The translations under genes were made by a program, and so were the position numbers. Shown one piece after another: positions 21,659 to 34,729 of a stretch of DNA of 64,000 nt; the stretch's first letter is position 1, and the number at the start of each line of letters is the position of its first letter. This DNA comes from Burkholderiales bacterium (GTDB lineage Bacteria; Pseudomonadota; Gammaproteobacteria; Burkholderiales; SG8-39): assembly GCA_035459025.1 (NCBI GenBank), contig DATHYT010000027.1, forward strand, positions 294 to 64,293. Direction: 5' to 3'. The notes beneath the pieces were generated by a model. The model did not search any database and was not told the origin of the DNA. It saw nothing but the letters and a program-made list of their open reading frames with translations.

Positions 21659-23074
21659 CTAGCGCCACTGCCGGATGTCGACGAAATGGCCCGCCACCGC
21701 GGCGGCCGCGGCCATCGCCGGGCTCACCAGGTGCGTGCGGCCGCCGTCTCCCTGGCGCCCTTCGAAGTTGCGGTTGGAGGTCGAGGCGCAGCGCTCGCCG
21801 GGCTCGAGCCGGTCGGCGTTCATCGCGAGGCACATCGAGCAGCCCGGCTGGCGCCAATCGAAGCCCGCGTCGCGGAACACCTTGTCGAGGCCTTCCTTCT
21901 CGGCCTGCGCCTTCACCAGTCCGGAGCCCGGCACCACCATGGCGAGGCGCACGCTCGGCGCCACGCGCCGGCCCTTGACCACGGCCGCCGCGATGCGCAG
22001 GTCCTCGATGCGCGAGTTGGTGCACGAGCCGATGAAGATCTTGTCGAGCTTGATGTCGGTGATCCTGGTGCGCGGCTTGAGCCCCATGTACTGCAGCGCG
22101 CGCTCCATGCCCTCGCGCTTGATGGCGTCCTTCTCGCGCTCGGGGTCCGGCACTTCGCCGTCCACCGGCGCCACCATCTCGGGCGAGGTCCCCCAGGACA
22201 CCTGCGGCAGGATTTCTTCGGCGCGCAAGGTGATCTCGCGGTCGAACTTCGCGTTGGGGTCGGACTTCAGCGTCTTCCAGTAGGCGACCGCCACATCCCA
22301 GTCGGGACCCGTGGGCGCGAACGGGCGGCCCTTCAGGTAGGCGATCGTCGCCTCGTCGACCGCGACCATGCCGGCGCGCGCGCCGGCCTCGATCGACATG
22401 TTGCACACCGTCATGCGCCCTTCCATCGAGAGCGCGCGGATGGCGCTGCCGGCGAACTCCATGGCATGGCCGTTGCCGCCGGCGGTGCCGATGCGCCCGA
22501 TGACCGCCAGCACGATGTCCTTGCCGGTGACGCCGCGCGCAAGCGTACCCTCGACGCTGACGCGCATGTTCTTCATCTTCTTGGTCATCAAGCACTGCGT
22601 GGCGAGCACGTGCTCGACTTCGGAAGTGCCGATGCCGTGCGCCAGGCAGGCGAAGGCGCCGTGCGTGCTGGTGTGCGAATCGCCGCACACCACGGTCATG
22701 CCGGGCAGCGTCGCGCCCTGCTCGGGCCCGATGACGTGCACGATCCCCTGGCGCTTGTCGAGGAACGGGAAGTACGCCTTCGCGGGATGCTCGCGCATGT
22801 TGGCGTCGAGCGTTTCCACCTGGATGCGCGAGGTGGGATCGACGATGCCGGCGATGCCGCGCTCCCAGCCGGTGGTGGGGGTGTTGTGGTCGGCGGTGGC
22901 GACCACCGACTGCATGCGCCAGGGCTTGCGCCCGGCGAGCTTCAGTCCCTCGAACGCCTGCGGACTGGTGACTTCATGCACCAGGTGTCGGTCGATGTAG
23001 ATGAGCGCGGTGCCGTCCGCCTCGGAGTGCACGAGGTGGCTGTCCCAGAGCTTGTCGTAGAGCGTGCGGTCCAT
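21659..23074 (-). CDS. leuC: 3-isopropylmalate dehydratase large subunit
   Basis: Aconitase-family Fe-S ligand motifs [18 protein letters not shown] and CSMCLAMN. Confidence 0.96.
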   Translation of the reverse strand: MDRTLYDKLWDSHLVHSEADGTALIYIDRHLVHEVTSPQAFEGLKLAGRKPWRMQSVVATADHNTPTTGWERGIAGIVDPTSRIQVETLDANMREHPAKAYFPFLDKRQGIVHVIGPEQGATLPGMTVVCGDSHTSTHGAFACLAHGIGTSEVEHVLATQCLMTKKMKNMRVSVEGTLARGVTGKDIVLAVIGRIGTAGGNGHAMEFAGSAIRALSMEGRMTVCNMSIEAGARAGMVAVDEATIAYLKGRPFAPTGPDWDVAVAYWKTLKSDPNAKFDREITLRAEEILPQVSWGTSPEMVAPVDGEVPDPEREKDAIKREGMERALQYMGLKPRTRITDIKLDKIFIGSCTNSRIEDLRIAAAVVKGRRVAPSVRLAMVVPGSGLVKAQAEKEGLDKVFRDAGFDWRQPGCSMCLAMNADRLEPGERCASTSNRNFEGRQGDGGRTHLVSPAMAAAAAVAGHFVDIRQWR

Positions 23075-23135
23075 ATGCGGCGTCGCGGAAACGCAGGATT
23101 ATGGCACAGCAAACTCCTTGATAGGACTGGGTTTA

Positions 23136-23945
23136 CTAAGAGCGGGGCCGCGCCTGCTCGTAGAGCGGCATGACGCGCGCGGCATACACCTTCAGGTCGG
23201 CGATGCGCGTCGCGGGTGCCGGGTGCGTGGACAGGATTTCGAGCGACTGGCCCTCGCTCGCCCGCGCCATCTTCTCCCACACCGCGACGGCGGCGCGCGG
23301 ATCGTAGCCGGCGCGTGCCGCGAGCTCCACGCCGATGCGGTCGGCCTCGGTCTCGTTCTCGCGCGAGTTCGGCAGGTTGAGCGTCACGTTGAGCACCAGC
23401 TGCGTCAGGTCCATGCCTCCTCGCGATACGCCCGCGACAGCGCCGAGAATGCCCAGCGCGATGCCCTGCGCCATCGCCTTCGAGGCGCGCTCGCGCCCGT
23501 GCTCGCGCAGCGCATGCGCGATCTCGTGCCCCATCACGGCAGCGATCTCGTCGTCGGTGAGCTTCAGCTTTTCGATCAGCCCGGTGTAGAACGCGATCTT
23601 GCCGCCCGGCATGCACCAGGCGTTCAGCTCCTTCGAGCTGATCAGGTTCACCTCCCAGTCCCAGCCCGGCGCGTCGGGCCGGAACACGCCGGTCTGAGGA
23701 ATGAGTCGCTGCGAGACGCCGCGCACGCGCGCCAGCAATGCCGCGTCCCGGTTCAGCTGGTCCTTCTTCGAGGCGTTCGCCAGCACCTGCCGGTAGGCGC
23801 TCGCGGCACTCTGGTTGACCTCTTTCGAGGACAGCAGCATCGACTGCTGCCGGTCGACTCCGACCGCCCCGGGTTGCGTGGTTTGCACCGTCTGGCAGCC
23901 GGCTGCGGCCGCCAGCAACAGCGCGAGGACACGGAAGCTCCGCAT
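23136..23945 (-). CDS. M48-family zinc metallopeptidase lipoprotein
   Basis: Lipobox LLAAAAGC. HExxH motif HEIAHALREH. Confidence 0.85.
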   Translation of the reverse strand: MRSFRVLALLLAAAAGCQTVQTTQPGAVGVDRQQSMLLSSKEVNQSAASAYRQVLANASKKDQLNRDAALLARVRGVSQRLIPQTGVFRPDAPGWDWEVNLISSKELNAWCMPGGKIAFYTGLIEKLKLTDDEIAAVMGHEIAHALREHGRERASKAMAQGIALGILGAVAGVSRGGMDLTQLVLNVTLNLPNSRENETEADRIGVELAARAGYDPRAAVAVWEKMARASEGQSLEILSTHPAPATRIADLKVYAARVMPLYEQARPRS

Positions 23946-23954
23946 GGCAAAAGC

Positions 23955-25112
23955 CTACACGCGCACGCGCCAGATGACGAGCGCCCCGCCCGCCAGCGCG
24001 AACGCAGCGCTCACCGAGAAGCTCGCCCCGGGGCCGAGCGTTTGCCAGGTCCAGCCCGCAAGGAGCAGCCCGGCGCCGCCGCCCAGCCCGTAGGACAGGC
24101 TCGAATACAGCGCCTGCCCCCGCGCCTGCAGCCGACCGGTGAACAGGCGGTGCACCGCGGCCACCGAGGCGGCGTGGAACACACCGAAGGTCGCGGCGTG
24201 CAGGAGTTGCGCCACAACCAGCAGCGCCAGCACGTGGGTGCCCCAGCCGATGGCCACAAAGCGCGCCGCCGCGCACAGGAAGCTCGCGATGAGCAGCACG
24301 CGCAGGCTGTAGCGCCGGGCAAGCCGCGGCCACGCCAGGAACACGACGATCTCGGCCAGTACGCCGAGCGTCCACAGCGTCCCGATCGCGGTCTTGCTGT
24401 AGCCCAGCGCCTCGGCATGCAGCGAGAAAAAGCCGTACAGCGCGCCGTGCGCCGCGCTCATGCAACTGCAGGCGGCAAGCAAGGCAATCACATCGGCACG
24501 GCGCAGCACGTCGCCAAGGCGCGCTTCGGCGCCGCCGGGGCCAGCCGCCGCGGGCCGCGCACGGGGCAGCAGGAAAGCGGTGCCCAGCGCAAGCGCGGCC
24601 AGCACGAGGATCACGCCGAGGAGCGATTGCGGCGCGTGCGCGTCCAGCCACACCCCGGTGCCGAGCACGGCGGCGATGAAGCCGATCGAGCCCCACATGC
24701 GGATCGGGCCGTAGCGCTCCGCGCGGCCCTCGATCGCGGCCATGGTGATCGCCTCCACGAGCGGCAGTGCCCCGGCCGAGGCGAGGCTCATCACGAGCAT
24801 GACGAGGGCGACCGCGATCGCCCCTTCGGCCGCGCCGAGCGCGAGGTAGCCGGCGACGATGGCACATCCGGAGCCGATCACGATGGCGCGGGCGGCGCCG
24901 CTGCGATCGGCCAGCCAGCCCCAGAACGAGGGCGCCGCGATGCGCGCGAGCTGCGGCATCGCCATGACGAACGCGATCTCCCCGGCGCCGAAGCCGCGCG
25001 CCGCGAGGTACAGCGCAAAGTACGGCACGTAGGCGCCCATGAACAGGAAGTACGCGCCGAAATAAGCGGACAGTCGGAGCGACGGCGGCATCGCGGCGCA
25101 TCTTACCGGCAC
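23955..25112 (-). CDS. MFS transporter (HcaT/MFS_1-like)
   Basis: 12 predicted TM helices. Contains SLRLSAYFGAYFLFMGAYVPYFALYLAARGF. An alternative start is ATG 25091 (MPPSLRL). Confidence 0.8.
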   Translation of the reverse strand: MPVRCAAMPPSLRLSAYFGAYFLFMGAYVPYFALYLAARGFGAGEIAFVMAMPQLARIAAPSFWGWLADRSGAARAIVIGSGCAIVAGYLALGAAEGAIAVALVMLVMSLASAGALPLVEAITMAAIEGRAERYGPIRMWGSIGFIAAVLGTGVWLDAHAPQSLLGVILVLAALALGTAFLLPRARPAAAGPGGAEARLGDVLRRADVIALLAACSCMSAAHGALYGFFSLHAEALGYSKTAIGTLWTLGVLAEIVVFLAWPRLARRYSLRVLLIASFLCAAARFVAIGWGTHVLALLVVAQLLHAATFGVFHAASVAAVHRLFTGRLQARGQALYSSLSYGLGGGAGLLLAGWTWQTLGPGASFSVSAAFALAGGALVIWRVRV

Positions 25113-25133
25113 GGCGTGCTATAACCGCCCGCC

Positions 25134-28130
25134 ATGCCGGGCCCCGCACCGCCGCGTGCCGCGTTCTACCTGTTGTTCACCCTGTCCGGATTCGCGGGAC
25201 TGATCTACGAATCCATCTGGACCCATTACCTCAAGCTATACCTCGGGCACGCCGCCTACGCGCAGTCGCTGGTGCTGGCGGTATTCATGGGGGGCATGGC
25301 GCTCGGCGCCGCCGGCTGCGCGCGCCTGTCGGCGCGCCTGCGCAACCCGCTCGCCGCCTACGCGCTCGCGGAAGGCGTGATCGGGCTCGCCGCGCTGGGT
25401 TTCCATGAAGCCTTCGTCGCGCTCACCGACTGGTCGTTCGCGGCGCTGCTGCCGGCCTTGGGCGCTGAATGGGCGGTGCTCGGCGCGAAGCTCGCGCTGG
25501 CGTGCCTTCTGATCCTGCCGCAATCGGTGCTGCTCGGCGCCACCTTTCCGTTGATGAGCGCGGGCCTCGTGCGCGCGCACCCGTCGGCGTCGGGCGAATC
25601 GGTGGCCATGCTCTATTTCACCAACAGCCTCGGCGCGGCGTTCGGGGTGCTGGCGAGCGGCTTCGTGCTGATAGCCTGGGTGGGGCTGCCGGGCACGCTG
25701 CGCATCGCGGGCGTGATCAATCTGGCGCTCGCCGGCATCGTCTGGCTGCTGTCACGGCCACTGCGCGCGCCGGCGCTCGAAACGCGCCACGCGCTGGAAA
25801 CCGGCGTGCTGACGTTGCTGCTCGCCGCGAGTTTCGTGACCGGCGTCGCCTCGTTCATCTACGAGATCAGCTGGATCCGCATGCTCTCGCTGGTGCTCGG
25901 CGCCTCGACGCACTCTTTCGAGCTGATGCTCTCGACCTTCATCCTCGGCCTCGCGCTCGGCGGCTACGCGGTGCGCCGCCGCGTGGATCGCGTCGCCTCG
26001 CCCGAGCGACTTCTGGGCTGGGTGCAGGTGGTGATGGGCCTCGCCGCGCTCGCCACGCTGCCGGTGTACGACCGCAGCTTCGAGCTGATGGAGCGCCTCA
26101 TGGCCGGCATCGCCCGCAACGACGCCGGCTACGCCCTGTTCAACCTCTCCGGGCAGGCGATCGCGGCGCTGGTGATGCTGCCCGCCACGTTCTGCGCTGG
26201 CATGACGTTGCCGCTCATCACCGGCGCGCTGCTGCGACAGGGCGCGGGCGAAGGCGCCATCGGCCGCGTGTACGCAGCCAATACGGTAGGCGCCATCGCC
26301 GGCGTGCTGTTCGCGCTGCACGTAGGCCTGCCCGCGCTCGGCCTGAAGGGGGCACTCATCGCAGGCGCTCTGCTCGATGCCGCGCTCGGCCTTTACCTCC
26401 TGTATCGGTTCGCCGCGCCGCGCGCGCACTGGGTGCCCGTGGCCGCCGCCTGCGCGGCGCTGTTCGCCGCCGCGGCGCTCGCCTTCGAGCTCGATGCCAA
26501 CAAGATGACCGCGGGCGTGTACCGGCACGGCGACCTCGACAGCTCGCGCGACGCGACGGTGCTCTACGCAAAGGACGGCAAGACCGCCACCGTGCACCTG
26601 GTGAAGTACAGCTCGGCCACCAGCATCCGCACCAACGGCAAGTCCGACGGCTCGATCAACCTCGAGGGCGAGGCGGAGGCCGACCGCGGCACCGACGAGA
26701 TCACCATGGTGCTCACCGGCGCGCTGCCGCTCGCGCTCAAGCCCGAGGCGAAGAGCGCCGCGGTGATCGGCATCGGCACCGGCCTCACCACGCACACGCT
26801 GCTGCAAAGCCTCGACCTCGAGCGCGTCGAGACCGTGGAGATCGAGGCGGCGATGGTGCAAGCTGCGCGCGGCTTCCTGCCGCGCAACAGCGCCGCGTTC
26901 GCCGATCCGCGCGGCACCATCGTCATCGACGACGCCAAGACCTACTTTTCGGCGCGCCAGCGACGGTACGACATCATCGTCTCGGAGCCCTCGAACCCCT
27001 GGGTAAGCGGCGTCTCGAGCCTGTTTACGCGCGAGTTCTACCGTCGCATCGCCAGCCACCTCGCCCCTGGGGGTCTGCTGGTGCAGTGGTTCCAGCTCTA
27101 TGAGATCGATCCGGGCCTGGTCGCGTCGGTACTGGGGGCTCTGGGCGCGGAGTTCGCGCACTACGCGGTGTACGCGCCGAGCAATCACGACGTACTCATC
27201 GTGGCGAGCGCCGCGCCGCTGCCGCCGGCGCCGCAGGCGCGCGTGTTCGAGCACCCGGGCCTGGCGAAGGAGCTGTGGACCGTGCACATGCTCTCCGCCG
27301 GCGATCTCGACGCGCGCTACCTGGGCGGCCGCGCCACGCTCGAGCCGCTGTTCGAGAGCTACGCCGCGCGCGCCAACTCGGATTACTTTCCGGTGCTGGA
27401 CCTGAACGCGGTGCGCCATCGCTTCGCCGAGCGCAGCGCCACCGGCATCGTGGCGATCACGAGCGCCGCGGTTCCCGTGCTCGATCTGCTCGAGCCGCAG
27501 TTCGTGCGGCGCCCGCCGAACCCGCTGCACAAGGGCGCCTATGCCTTCGAGCGCATCGAGAAGACGCGCCAGGCGCGCTACGCGCGCGACTTCCTGGTGC
27601 ATCTGGCGCCACCCGTGCCCGAGGGCATTCCGCCGCAGCTGCAAAAGGATCTCGAGGTGGTGCAGTTGCGCCTGCTCGGCTGCCGCGAAGCGCGGCGCTT
27701 CGACGTCTGGCTGCACAGCCTGCTGCGCGTCGCCGAGCTGGTGAACGGGGTGTTGCCGGCGGGCGAAGCGGCGGCGCTGTGGTCGCGCATCGGCGCGACC
27801 TCGTGCCTAAGCACGCTGCACGACTTCCAGCGCCGCTGGATCGCGCTGTTCACGGCAGTGGGCGCGCGCGATGCGCGCGCCATGGCAAGCCTCGCCTCGG
27901 CGCTGCTCGAGGGCACGGGAAACCTGGGCGCAGATGCGCGCGAGTATCTGCTGCTGGCCGGCATGAGCGGCGCGATCGCCTCGGGGCGGCCCGAGCAGGC
28001 GCTCGCGCTGTGGCAGTCGCAGGCCCCGCTGCTGCGCGGCGCGCTCGCGCAGCCGGTGTTCCGGCTGCTGCGCTGCCACGCGGAGCGTGCCGGTTGCGCC
28101 GCGGCTTTCGTCGCTTACAACGAGGACTAG
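25134..28130 (+). CDS. Membrane-fused spermidine-synthase-like (aminopropyltransferase-fold) protein with a long uncharacterised C-terminal region
   Basis: 998 aa. The N-terminal roughly 470 aa is polytopic. The middle is a SAM-MTase/SpeE-like domain ([10 protein letters not shown]...[25 protein letters not shown]). The last roughly 300 aa has no motif I recognise. Confidence 0.8.
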   Translation: MPGPAPPRAAFYLLFTLSGFAGLIYESIWTHYLKLYLGHAAYAQSLVLAVFMGGMALGAAGCARLSARLRNPLAAYALAEGVIGLAALGFHEAFVALTDWSFAALLPALGAEWAVLGAKLALACLLILPQSVLLGATFPLMSAGLVRAHPSASGESVAMLYFTNSLGAAFGVLASGFVLIAWVGLPGTLRIAGVINLALAGIVWLLSRPLRAPALETRHALETGVLTLLLAASFVTGVASFIYEISWIRMLSLVLGASTHSFELMLSTFILGLALGGYAVRRRVDRVASPERLLGWVQVVMGLAALATLPVYDRSFELMERLMAGIARNDAGYALFNLSGQAIAALVMLPATFCAGMTLPLITGALLRQGAGEGAIGRVYAANTVGAIAGVLFALHVGLPALGLKGALIAGALLDAALGLYLLYRFAAPRAHWVPVAAACAALFAAAALAFELDANKMTAGVYRHGDLDSSRDATVLYAKDGKTATVHLVKYSSATSIRTNGKSDGSINLEGEAEADRGTDEITMVLTGALPLALKPEAKSAAVIGIGTGLTTHTLLQSLDLERVETVEIEAAMVQAARGFLPRNSAAFADPRGTIVIDDAKTYFSARQRRYDIIVSEPSNPWVSGVSSLFTREFYRRIASHLAPGGLLVQWFQLYEIDPGLVASVLGALGAEFAHYAVYAPSNHDVLIVASAAPLPPAPQARVFEHPGLAKELWTVHMLSAGDLDARYLGGRATLEPLFESYAARANSDYFPVLDLNAVRHRFAERSATGIVAITSAAVPVLDLLEPQFVRRPPNPLHKGAYAFERIEKTRQARYARDFLVHLAPPVPEGIPPQLQKDLEVVQLRLLGCREARRFDVWLHSLLRVAELVNGVLPAGEAAALWSRIGATSCLSTLHDFQRRWIALFTAVGARDARAMASLASALLEGTGNLGADAREYLLLAGMSGAIASGRPEQALALWQSQAPLLRGALAQPVFRLLRCHAERAGCAAAFVAYNED

Positions 28131-29485
28131 GGGGCCTTGCTGCGCCGGGGCGCCGGTCCACGCCCGGCGTAGGGATTGCGGCCGGTGCGGAATTCCACCC
28201 GCATCGGCGTGCCGCGCAAAGCGAACGTGTCGCGGAACACCCCCTCGAGGTAGCGCCGGTAGCTCTCGGGCAACTGGTCGAGCGAGTTGCCGTGGATGAT
28301 GATGCGCGGCGGATTGTGCCCGCCTTGATGCGCATAGCGCAGCTTGGGGCGCCGCAGGCCCTTCCTCGGCGGCGCCTGCCGCTCCACGGCGGCAATCAGC
28401 GCGCGCGTGAGCTTGGGCGTCGGCATCTTTGCCATCGCCGCGGCGTATGCGGCGTCCACCGAGCGCATCAGCTCGCCCAGGCCCTTGCCCGCCTTGGCCG
28501 AGAGGAAGTGCGTCTCGGCGAAGCCCAGGAACCCCAGCTTCCAGGCGAGCTCGTGCTTCACGCGCTCGCGCGCTTCCTTGCCCGCCGCGTCCCATTTGTT
28601 CACCGCCACGACGAGCGCGCGCGCACGCTCGAGGATGTAGCCGGCGACATGCGCGTCCTGCTCCGACACGCCCTCCACCGCGTCCAGCACCAGGATAGCC
28701 ACGTTCGACTGCTCGATCGCCTGCAGCGTCTTTACGATGGAGAACTTCTCCACCGTTTCGCCCTGCCTGCCGCGCTTGCGCAGCCCCGCGGTGTCGATCA
28801 GCGTGTAGCGCCGGCCGCCGCGCTCGAACGGCACCTCGATGGCGTCGCGCGTGGTGCCGGGCTCGCCGAAGGCGATCACGCGCTCCTCGCCGACCAGCGC
28901 GTTGACCAGGGTCGACTTGCCCACGTTCGGCCGTCCGACCACGGCGACGCGTGGATGCTTGTCGCGTGCTTCCTCGTCCTCGGCCGCTGCCTCCGGAAAC
29001 CCGGCGAGCACGCCCTCGATCAGGTCGGCGACGCCTTCGCCGTGCGCAGCGGAAATCGCGTTCGGCTGCCCCAGGCCGAGCGCGTGGAACTCGGCCACCG
29101 CGCTGTCGCTCGCCATGCCCTCGCACTTGTTCGCCACCAGCCAGACGCGCGCGCCGATGCGGCGCAGACGCGCAGCGATCTCGCGGTCGTCGGCGTGCAG
29201 CCCGGCGCGGCCGTCGGTGAGAAACACCACGGCGTCGGCCTCGGCCATCGCCTGCTCGGCCTGCCGGCCCATCTCGGCGAAGATGCCGCTCTTCGCACCG
29301 GGCTCGAGGCCGCCCGTGTCGATGACGATGAACGGGCGCGCGCCCACGCGCCCCTCGCCGTAGTGGCGGTCCCGTGTCACGCCCGGCACATCGATCACGA
29401 TCGCGTCGCGGCGGCGCGTCAGGCGGTTGAATAGCGTCGACTTGCCGACGTTGGGCCGCCCGACCAGGGCGATGACCGGCTTCAC
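28127..29485 (-). CDS. der: Ribosome-biogenesis GTPase Der (EngA)
   Basis: GTG start (aa 96 of ORF 28127..29770). Two G domains, each with GRPNVGKST, plus a KH-like C-terminus. Confidence 0.95.
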   Translation of the reverse strand: MKPVIALVGRPNVGKSTLFNRLTRRRDAIVIDVPGVTRDRHYGEGRVGARPFIVIDTGGLEPGAKSGIFAEMGRQAEQAMAEADAVVFLTDGRAGLHADDREIAARLRRIGARVWLVANKCEGMASDSAVAEFHALGLGQPNAISAAHGEGVADLIEGVLAGFPEAAAEDEEARDKHPRVAVVGRPNVGKSTLVNALVGEERVIAFGEPGTTRDAIEVPFERGGRRYTLIDTAGLRKRGRQGETVEKFSIVKTLQAIEQSNVAILVLDAVEGVSEQDAHVAGYILERARALVVAVNKWDAAGKEARERVKHELAWKLGFLGFAETHFLSAKAGKGLGELMRSVDAAYAAAMAKMPTPKLTRALIAAVERQAPPRKGLRRPKLRYAHQGGHNPPRIIIHGNSLDQLPESYRRYLEGVFRDTFALRGTPMRVEFRTGRNPYAGRGPAPRRSKAP

Positions 29486-29498
29486 GCGCGCGCCCGGC

Positions 29499-30623
29499 TC
29501 AGGGCGACAGGGCGAACAGCCCGCCGCCCTGCGTCTGCACCAGAAAACCACGCGACAGCGCGAGCGGCGCCGCGCGCACCGGGCTGCCATCGGTGCCCAG
29601 GCGCGCGACGAAGGCGCCCGAGTCGCGCGCCAGCACGTGCACGAACCCTTCCAGGTCGCCGAGCACGACGCTCTCGCCCAACGGCAGCGGCAGCGACAGC
29701 TGCCGCTGCGCGAGCTTGTCCTGCTTCCACAGGCTGCGGCCGTTGGTGCGGTCGAGCGCATGCACTGCACCCCGCTCGTCGCTCAGATAGGCATAGCGCG
29801 CGTCCGCGCTCACGCCGGTCACGCTCGAGATGTCGCGCGCCCACAGCAGGTTGCCGTTTTGCGCGTCGAAGCAGGCAACTCGGCCCTGGAACGCGGCGGC
29901 GCATACCTCGCGCCCGACCACTGCCGGCTCGCCGACCACGTCGGTGACGCGCTCGAGCTCGGTCGTGCCCTTGGGGTCGGCCACCGTCGCTTCCCATCGC
30001 AGCGTGCCGCCGGCGAGCGCCAGCGCCACCAGCTTGCCGCCCGAAAACCCCGCATACAGCAGGTCCGCGTGCGGAGTCATGCCCTGGGGCGTGCGCAGCC
30101 GCAGCGGCGCGGGCGCGCGCTGGTAGGTCCAGCGCCGCTTGCCGTCGGCCGCATCCAGCGCGTGTATGCGGCTGTCGGCGCTGCGCACCAGCACCATTCC
30201 GGCGGCCAGCCGCGGCGCCGCAAGCACCTCGCTCGAGACGCGCGCGCGCCAGCGCTCCTTGCCGGTGAGCGCATCGAGCGCGAACACCGCGCCGCTCTCC
30301 GTCGCCACGGCGAGCGTCGTGCCATCCGCCCCGACGCCGCCCGACAGCGGCGCTTCCACGCGCACGCGCCAGCGCTCGCGGCCGCTGGCGGCATCCAGGC
30401 GCAGCACCGTGCCGTCGCGCGCCGCGGCGTAGAGCGCATCGCCGGCGAGCGCAGGACTGAATTCGAACGCGGCCGCCGCGCCCACGTTTGCCGACCACAG
30501 CACGCGCAGTGCCTGCGGCTGCGCCAGCGGCTCGAGCGCCGCGGGCTGCGGGCCGTCAGACGAGCCGCCGAAGCAGCCGCTGAGCGCGGGCAGCAGCAGG
30601 GCGAGCGCCGCGCGCCGCGCCAT
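29499..30623 (-). CDS. bamB: Outer-membrane protein assembly factor BamB
   Basis: Internal ATG (aa 194 of ORF 29499..31202). Lipobox [12 protein letters not shown]-like beta-propeller repeats (G.V.ALDA.TG...W). Confidence 0.88.
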   Translation of the reverse strand: MARRAALALLLPALSGCFGGSSDGPQPAALEPLAQPQALRVLWSANVGAAAAFEFSPALAGDALYAAARDGTVLRLDAASGRERWRVRVEAPLSGGVGADGTTLAVATESGAVFALDALTGKERWRARVSSEVLAAPRLAAGMVLVRSADSRIHALDAADGKRRWTYQRAPAPLRLRTPQGMTPHADLLYAGFSGGKLVALALAGGTLRWEATVADPKGTTELERVTDVVGEPAVVGREVCAAAFQGRVACFDAQNGNLLWARDISSVTGVSADARYAYLSDERGAVHALDRTNGRSLWKQDKLAQRQLSLPLPLGESVVLGDLEGFVHVLARDSGAFVARLGTDGSPVRAAPLALSRGFLVQTQGGGLFALSP

Positions 30624-30625
30624 GC

Positions 30626-31258
30626 TCAGCCTCCGAGCGCGTCTAGGCGCATCTGTACGCTGTCGCGCAACGGCCCGCCCGCCTTCTCCAGCGCCAGCTG
30701 GTAGGCGGCGCGCGCCTCCGCCGGCTGGCCCTTTGCAACCAGCACATCGCCGCGCAGCGCCGCAAACTGCGGCGCGTATGGCTCGAGCGGCGGCGCCGCA
30801 AGCAGCGCGAGCGCCTCGTCGTAGGCGCGCTCGTCGAGCAGCAGCGCGGCGAGGCGCAGTCGCGCGACGTCGCGGAAGTCCTCGGACGAAGAGCGGTCGA
30901 CTACCCACTGCAGCTGCGCCTTGGCGCTCTTCAGCTCGCCGCGCTTGAAGTGGAAATCCGCCGCAGCGAGCGCGCCCATCGACGCGTACAGCGTCCCGGC
31001 GAAACGCTCGGTGAGCGCGCCGCCCGCGTCGCGCAGCGCCTTGGCGTCCCCGGCGCGCACCGCCTTGGCGAGCGTGGCGTAGAGCGCGCCCGCCTCGAGC
31101 GCCTGCTGGCGCTGGTACCAGCGCCAGCCGTTGGTGCCGGTGACGGCGATCGCCGCCGCAGCCACCACCAGCACGATGAGGCGCGCATTGTCCTTCCACC
31201 ACGCCTTGAGCGCGTCGAGCTTTTCCTGCTCTTCCAGGTCGAGGTTCTGCAGTGCCAT
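30626..31258 (-). CDS. YfgM-family TPR membrane protein
   Basis: N-terminus MALQNLDLEEQEKLDALKAWWKDN, one TM segment and TPR-like helices. It sits in the conserved hisS-yfgM-bamB-der position. Confidence 0.8.
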   Translation of the reverse strand: MALQNLDLEEQEKLDALKAWWKDNARLIVLVVAAAAIAVTGTNGWRWYQRQQALEAGALYATLAKAVRAGDAKALRDAGGALTERFAGTLYASMGALAAADFHFKRGELKSAKAQLQWVVDRSSSEDFRDVARLRLAALLLDERAYDEALALLAAPPLEPYAPQFAALRGDVLVAKGQPAEARAAYQLALEKAGGPLRDSVQMRLDALGG

Positions 31259-31260
31259 GG

Positions 31261-32523
<1,263 letters not shown>

Positions 32524-32526
32524 GGC

Positions 32527-33783
32527 TCAGGCGACCTTGATCGGAATGCTGCGGTCACGGGGGCGGGAGGCGCCCGGCGCATAATTCCTGCGCACGTAGT
32601 CCTCGACGATCGCCTGGAACTCCTCGGCGATGCGCGCGCCCTTCAGGGTGACGGTCTTCGCGCCGTCCACGTACACCGGCGCCACCGGCGTCTCGTTGGT
32701 CCCCGGCAGGCTGATGCCGATGTCGGCATGCTTGGATTCGCCGGGCCCGTTCACCACGCAACCCATCACCGCGACGCGCATCTTCTCAACGCCGGGATAG
32801 CGTGCACGCCACTGCGGCATCTGCTCGCGCAGGAAGGCCTGGATGCGCGCGGCGAGCTCCTGAAAATAGGTGCTGGTGGTTCGCCCGCACCCCGGACAGG
32901 CGGCGACCATCGGCGCGAACGAGCGGATGCCCATGGTCTGCAGCAGCTCCTGCGCCACCAGCACCTCGCGCGTGCGCTCCCCGCCGGGGTCCGGCGTGAG
33001 CGAGATCCGGATCGTGTCGCCGATGCCCTCCTGCAGCAGCACCGCGAGCGCCGCGCTGGAAGCGACGATGCCCTTCGAGCCCATGCCCGCCTCCGTCAGG
33101 CCGAGATGCAGCGCGTAGGTGCAGCGCCGCGCGAGCTCGCGGTACACCGCGATCAGATCCTGCACCTGGCTCATCTTGCAGGAGATGACGATGCGCTCGG
33201 GCCCGAGGCCGAGCTCTTCGGCGGCGCGCGCCGACTCGAGCGCGGAAGCGATCACCGCCTCGCGCATCACGGCGTCGGCCTCGAGCGGGTCGCGGCGCCG
33301 CGCATTCTCGTCCATCATGCGCGCGAGCAGCTCGGCGTCGAGGCTGCCCCAGTTGACGCCGATGCGCACGGGCTTCGCGTAGCGCACCGCCGCCTCGATC
33401 ATGGTCGCGAACTGCTCGTCGCGCTTTGCGCCGCGGCCGACGTTGCCGGGATTGATACGGTACTTGGCCAGCGCGCGCGCGCAATCGGGAAACTGCGCCA
33501 GCAGCTTGTGGCCGTTGTAGTGGAAATCGCCCACCAGCGGCACGGCGCAGCCCAGCGCGTCGAGCCGCGCCCGAATCGGCGCCACCTGCGCCGCGGCCTC
33601 CGGCGTGTTCACCGTGATGCGTACGAGCTCGGAGCCGGCGGCCGCGAGCTCGGCCACCTGGCGCGCAGTGGCCTCGGCGTCGGCGGTATCGGTGTTGGTC
33701 ATCGACTGCACGACCACGGGCGCGCCGCCGCCGATGGCGACGGGGCCCACCATCACGCGGCTGGAGAACCTGCGCTCGAGCAT
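32527..33783 (-). CDS. ispG: 4-hydroxy-3-methylbut-2-en-1-yl diphosphate synthase (flavodoxin)
   Basis: Contains [11 protein letters not shown] plus the Fe-S Cys ligands ACPGCGRT and GCVVNGPGE. Confidence 0.95.
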   Translation of the reverse strand: MLERRFSSRVMVGPVAIGGGAPVVVQSMTNTDTADAEATARQVAELAAAGSELVRITVNTPEAAAQVAPIRARLDALGCAVPLVGDFHYNGHKLLAQFPDCARALAKYRINPGNVGRGAKRDEQFATMIEAAVRYAKPVRIGVNWGSLDAELLARMMDENARRRDPLEADAVMREAVIASALESARAAEELGLGPERIVISCKMSQVQDLIAVYRELARRCTYALHLGLTEAGMGSKGIVASSAALAVLLQEGIGDTIRISLTPDPGGERTREVLVAQELLQTMGIRSFAPMVAACPGCGRTTSTYFQELAARIQAFLREQMPQWRARYPGVEKMRVAVMGCVVNGPGESKHADIGISLPGTNETPVAPVYVDGAKTVTLKGARIAEEFQAIVEDYVRRNYAPGASRPRDRSIPIKVA

Positions 33784-33784
33784 G

Positions 33785-34729
33785 TCAGTCCAGCGTCAGG
33801 CGCGCGACTTCGACCTTGGTGTGCGGCTTCAGGTCGACCGGCTGGTCGTTGTAGACGAGCTGCACGTGCTGCGCGTTGCCGATCACGACGCTGAACGGCG
33901 GCACCCCGACCACCACGCGCTCGCTGCCCTCGGCATGCAGCTGTGAGACGAGGAGCTTGCCGGTGCCGCTGGTGATCTCGACCCACGACTCGCGCTCGAA
34001 GCGCAGCACGATGCGCCGCCAGGCGCCGCTCGCAATGCGCGCTTCCTCGTCCACGGGCGCGGCGGCGGGCTGCGCCGCGGCGCTGGCGCGGGGTGCGGCG
34101 CTCGCCAGCTCGGTGCGCGCCGGCGTTTCCTGGCGCGCGGGCGGCTCGGCGCGCGCCGGCGGCTCGGTGCGCACGGGCGGCTCGGTGCGCGCGGGCGGTT
34201 CGGCGCGCGCAAGCGGCGCCGCGGGTGCCGGCGGCTCCTGGCGCGCCGGCTCGGCCGGCTGTTGTGCGGCGGAGACGAACGTCAGGCGCTGCGTCCCTGC
34301 ACGCTCGTTGCGCCACTCGAGCACGACGGCGGCCACCACCGCCAGCAGGGCGACCGAAAGCACGACATAAGCGAGGTTCGAGCGCCGCGAGCCGTCGGAG
34401 AAGGGCACCGGCTGGCGAAAACGCTCCGCGAGGCGCTCGGCATCGGGCAGCGCCTGCCCCGAGTTGACCCGCGCCACCAGCGCATCGGCGTCCAGCCCGA
34501 GCAGGCGCGCGTAGCTGCGCACCATGCCGCGCACGGCGGCGCCGCCGGGCAGCCGCCCCCACTCGCCGCGCTCCAGCGCGTCGAGCTGGCGCGGCGCAAA
34601 CTTGAGGCGACGCGCCGCCTCCTCCAGCGGGAGTCCGGCCGCCTCGCGCGCGCGCGCCAGCACCGAGCCGACCGGCTCCTCGACCGCCGCGGACGGCGCT
34701 TCGGCAGGGTTGGAATTCAGCTCACTCAT
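33785..34729 (-). CDS. rodZ: RodZ-like cytoskeleton protein (HTH domain, TM segment, repeat linker)
   Basis: Internal ATG (aa 184 of ORF 33785..35278), giving [11 protein letters not shown] region [24 protein letters not shown]. One TM segment and EPPAR(T/A) hexapeptide repeats. Confidence 0.82.
   Translation of the reverse strand: MSELNSNPAEAPSAAVEEPVGSVLARAREAAGLPLEEAARRLKFAPRQLDALERGEWGRLPGGAAVRGMVRSYARLLGLDADALVARVNSGQALPDAERLAERFRQPVPFSDGSRRSNLAYVVLSVALLAVVAAVVLEWRNERAGTQRLTFVSAAQQPAEPARQEPPAPAAPLARAEPPARTEPPVRTEPPARAEPPARQETPARTELASAAPRASAAAQPAAAPVDEEARIASGAWRRIVLRFERESWVEITSGTGKLLVSQLHAEGSERVVVGVPPFSVVIGNAQHVQLVYNDQPVDLKPHTKVEVARLTLD
34104..34211 (-). repeat. Six tandem 18-nt coding repeats inside rodZ
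   Basis: The plus strand shows GGCGGCTCGG(C/T)GCGC(G/A)C(C/G) units at 34104, 34122, 34140, 34158, 34176 and 34194. They encode (R/A)(A/T/Q)EPPA repeats. Confidence 0.85.

Noticed and set aside
20969-23173. 734-aa plus-strand ORF over leuB/leuD/leuC; similarly 5158..6726(-) over ppiA/lpxH
   Set aside because: These are antisense shadows of clearly identified genes with low-complexity, Arg-rich translations. They cross several real gene boundaries.
22942-25149. 735-aa minus-strand and 686-aa plus-strand (23064..25124) ORFs spanning the M48/MFS region
   Set aside because: They are out of frame or antisense relative to the M48 peptidase (HEIAH) and the 12-TM MFS protein, which explain the region. 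Their translations are Arg/Gly/Ala noise.
34104-34211. Regular 18-nt repeats, considered as a possible CRISPR-like array
   Set aside because: The repeats have no spacers between units, lie in frame inside rodZ and encode a Pro/Ala hexapeptide linker. No cas genes are present.
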